Of a DNA stretch of 64,000 nucleotides, positions 61,436 to 64,000 are shown in pieces. The position numbers were made by a program, and so were the translations under genes. Origin of the DNA: Laetmonice hystrix (taxonomy: Eukaryota); the NCBI GenBank assembly GCA_965235115.1, contig OZ249437.1, positions 22,010,001-22,074,000 of the forward strand, written 5' to 3'. Under the pieces are notes generated by a model. That model did not search any database, was not told where the DNA came from, and saw nothing but the letters and a program-made list of their open reading frames with translations. Each line of letters starts with the position of its first letter. Position 1 is the stretch's first letter.

Positions 61436-61608
61436 AGTTGGACCAGGAATGGATCCACTGAAGCTCCCCCGACAAACTCCTCCCGACTTAACGTGCCGTC
61501 ACGATTCTTGTCGAGGCTTGCGAAGATTTTTTCTGTATGCTCGGTGGGATCTCCAAACTCTTCCCCTGCTCCGGCTTGAGTCTGGACCGTCTGTAACTGG
61601 TAGATGGC
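61390..61608 (-). CDS. Neuronal calcium sensor coding exon 2 (AIYQLQ...[35 protein letters not shown]...EARF*)
   Basis: gttcag| acceptor, phase 0; parallels AIYKM...[21 protein letters not shown]...DP. Missing from the ORF track. Total 199 aa. Confidence 0.9.
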   Translation of the reverse strand, partial: [72 protein letters not shown]

Positions 61609-62034
61609 CTGAACGAGACAAAACAGACAGGTCCATTTATCTGATGGCAGTAAAATTGGGGGGAGGGGTCAAACACATCTGCTGAACAAACTTAACAACA
61701 ACCAAACCAGCCCCCCCCCCCCCGGGTATCCAATGGTATTTCCAGACGGTAAGAGGTCCTGTCTGACATATTTAGGGCCGGATCCAAGATGTTTTTTTTC
61801 TGGGGGAGTGGAGGTTGCAGTCCGAAATTATTATTATTATATGAAATATATAGGCTACGTATCCTTTTATAGATTCTTATAGGATGGACATTTGACAACT
61901 TTGGTTTTTTTCCCCCTTTCTTTTTTTTGGGATTTCTAAGAGTTGTAACCTCCACAACCCCGCCTGGATCTGGCACTGATCGTTATTGTCAACGTGACAA
62001 ACTAGGACAGGGAGTATGGATGTGCCTGGCGTAC

Positions 62035-62415
62035 CTTGATTATCTCGTGACATTCCTCCTTGGAGATGAAGCCGTTCTCGTCGATGTCGTACATGTTGAA
62101 GGCCCACTCGAGTCGCTGGGTCGGTGAGCCCCGTGCTGTCACACTGAGGGCACACATGAACTCCCGGAAGTCCAACTTGTGGTTCCGGTCCTTGTCAAAG
62201 GTCCGAAAGACGTGCTCTGCGAACATGGTGGCGTCTCCGTTGGGGAAGTGTTGGATGTAGATGTCCTTGAACTGGTCAATGTCGAGTTGACCGTCCGGGT
62301 GATCCCGGTACCAGGACTGGTACCAGGTGCGGAGTTCTGCCTCCGAGAAGTTGGTCGATTCTAGAAGATTAAACATGGCCTCTGGCCGCAGCTTGCCCGA
62401 CGGGTTGTTCCCCAT
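62035..62415 (-). CDS. Neuronal calcium sensor (neurocalcin/hippocalcin-like) coding exon 1
   Basis: MGNNPS myristoylation consensus (MGxxxS); FAEHVFRTFD and LEWAFNMYDID motifs; EF2 and EF3; AAG|gtacgc donor at the same position as the intron recalled for vertebrate NCALD/HPCAL1. Confidence 0.93.
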
Positions 62416-63660
62416 AGTCTAAATGTGCGTCTCCTCTCTGAAAAAATGACGTCAAGACGTCACAATAGATCCCCAACCGCGCATGCTCGTACTCTAGAGA
62501 TCCTGCTGGTATTGTGGGAAGTGAAATCGTGTTCCAACAATGCGCTGGTGCATACCGAAGAGATAGAAATGCAGTGAAGAGCCAAGGAAATAGTCCAGCA
62601 AAGTAGTTTGCATTTGAACTGTTTCAAGTCGAATTATAGAGACATTTAAATCTTTAAGAAAAATTAAATGAAGTGAAAACAACCTCTGATAATGTACCTA
62701 ATTATAATTATTTTGTGAGTAGTAGTTAACTGCTCGTAGGTGTCTATCTTCACCCCCACCCTCCACATGGCGTCATTGCTGTGTAGACTGGTTCACGATC
62801 CCGTCGCCAGGTGTCTAGAACCTAGCGACGGGATTGGGAACCAGTCCAGCCATGTGTGGCCATTGCTAGTATTGTGGGGACCTCTATAGTGTGAGGCCGG
62901 GAGATACGACCCCCCCCCCCCCCTCCCCCCACCATGCCGCCTGCAGTATTCATGCATGGGTGCATCAAGGGGACTCGCATACACTGGGGGATACAGCATT
63001 TCTCAGATCGAATTTCAACGAGGGGGTGCAGATACATTTTCAGCTATTTTTCTTTTATTGGCTGGGATCCCTGAAGGGGGTTGTTTGCATCATACAGACC
63101 CCGTTTCAATTTTTCAGAGATGACACGAGTTACAAGAAGTTCTGTGTAGAGTCCATATAGGTTATTTATATTAAACATGAATATTTAACATGACCCATGT
63201 ATAGTATTGTTTTATTGTGTAGCAGTTCGGTGGCACACGCTATCATAAGGTCAGCTCTCCGTGATTTTTTTATATCTAGGTTCTCGGTCTATGCGCGGTT
63301 CGACAAATGTAACGATGCCAGAACTAGAGAGAGAGAGAGGACCCAGTGTTATGTATGCCTGTAACATCTATACTCCGGCTACAACCTGTTCAATGGGAGC
63401 ATGCTCCGTTATGTTGATATCATCAGGGATTTTTGTTGTTGTTACCGTTATTAAAACGACATGATAATATTTTCACTTACCTTCCTTGTCCGAGACTGTC
63501 ACTTCTCCTGACCGCGGGCCTGTCTTGTATTTGGTTCGAGGTGTAGGGCCTACTCACACCCCCAGGTTTCGAGGGTCAGTCTATCGTTATCGCCGACACT
63601 AGGTGACGCGCCACAACCCGGTCATTCCCCGTGGCAGCGTTCCACAAATTTGGAGGCCAG

Positions 63661-64000
63661 GGATATGGTTGTGGGCACGGCTCAGGGTAGGGTTGTGGGC
63701 ACGGCTCAGGGTAGGGTTGTGGGCACGGCTCAGGGTATGGTTGTGAGCACGGCTCAGGGTATAGGGTTGTGGGCACGGCTCAGGGTAGGGTTGTGGGCAC
63801 GGCTCAGGGTATGGTTGTGGGCACGGCTCAGGGTATAGGGTTGTGGGCACGGCTCAGGGTAGGGTTGTGGGCACGGCTCAGTGTAGGGTTGTGGGCACGG
63901 CTCACGGTAGGGTTGTGGGCACGGCTCATGGTATGGTTGTGGGCACGGCTCAGGGTATGGTTGTGAGCACGGCTCAGGGTATAGGGTTGTGGGCACGGCT
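63661..64000. repeat. Minisatellite, 24/26-bp unit (cut by window edge)
   Basis: GGGTTGTGGGCACGGCTCAGGGTA. Confidence 0.94.

Overview
Eukaryotic (animal) genomic DNA. The host is probably a bilaterian invertebrate; a mollusc-like assignment rests only on recalled similarity of a SINE core and is not verified. Four spliced genes were assembled by hand with GT-AG junctions and consistent reading-frame phases: LSM4 (minus, 5 coding exons, last exon about 27 kb from the others), NDUFB7 (plus, 3 exons, head-to-head with LSM4), an ELOVL1/7-type fatty-acid elongase (minus, 7 coding exons) and a myristoylated neurocalcin/hippocalcin-like Ca2+ sensor (minus, 2 coding exons). There may also be an incomplete fifth gene on the plus strand (54470-58149). 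About 30 different minisatellite arrays cover roughly 35-40% of the window, and no array unit recurs at another locus in the window. There are also several MITE-like elements and two copies of a tRNA-derived SINE. The main unusual pattern is that several arrays were seeded from local functional sequence: an exon/5' splice-site junction (7 copies), another exon end (2 copies), a stop-codon region (7 copies) and transposon termini. Arrays in the giant LSM4 intron also carry dozens of sense-strand 5' splice-site motifs. Most ORFs in the supplied track are by-products of repeats. Repeat boundaries and copy numbers are by-eye estimates, and no database searches were run.
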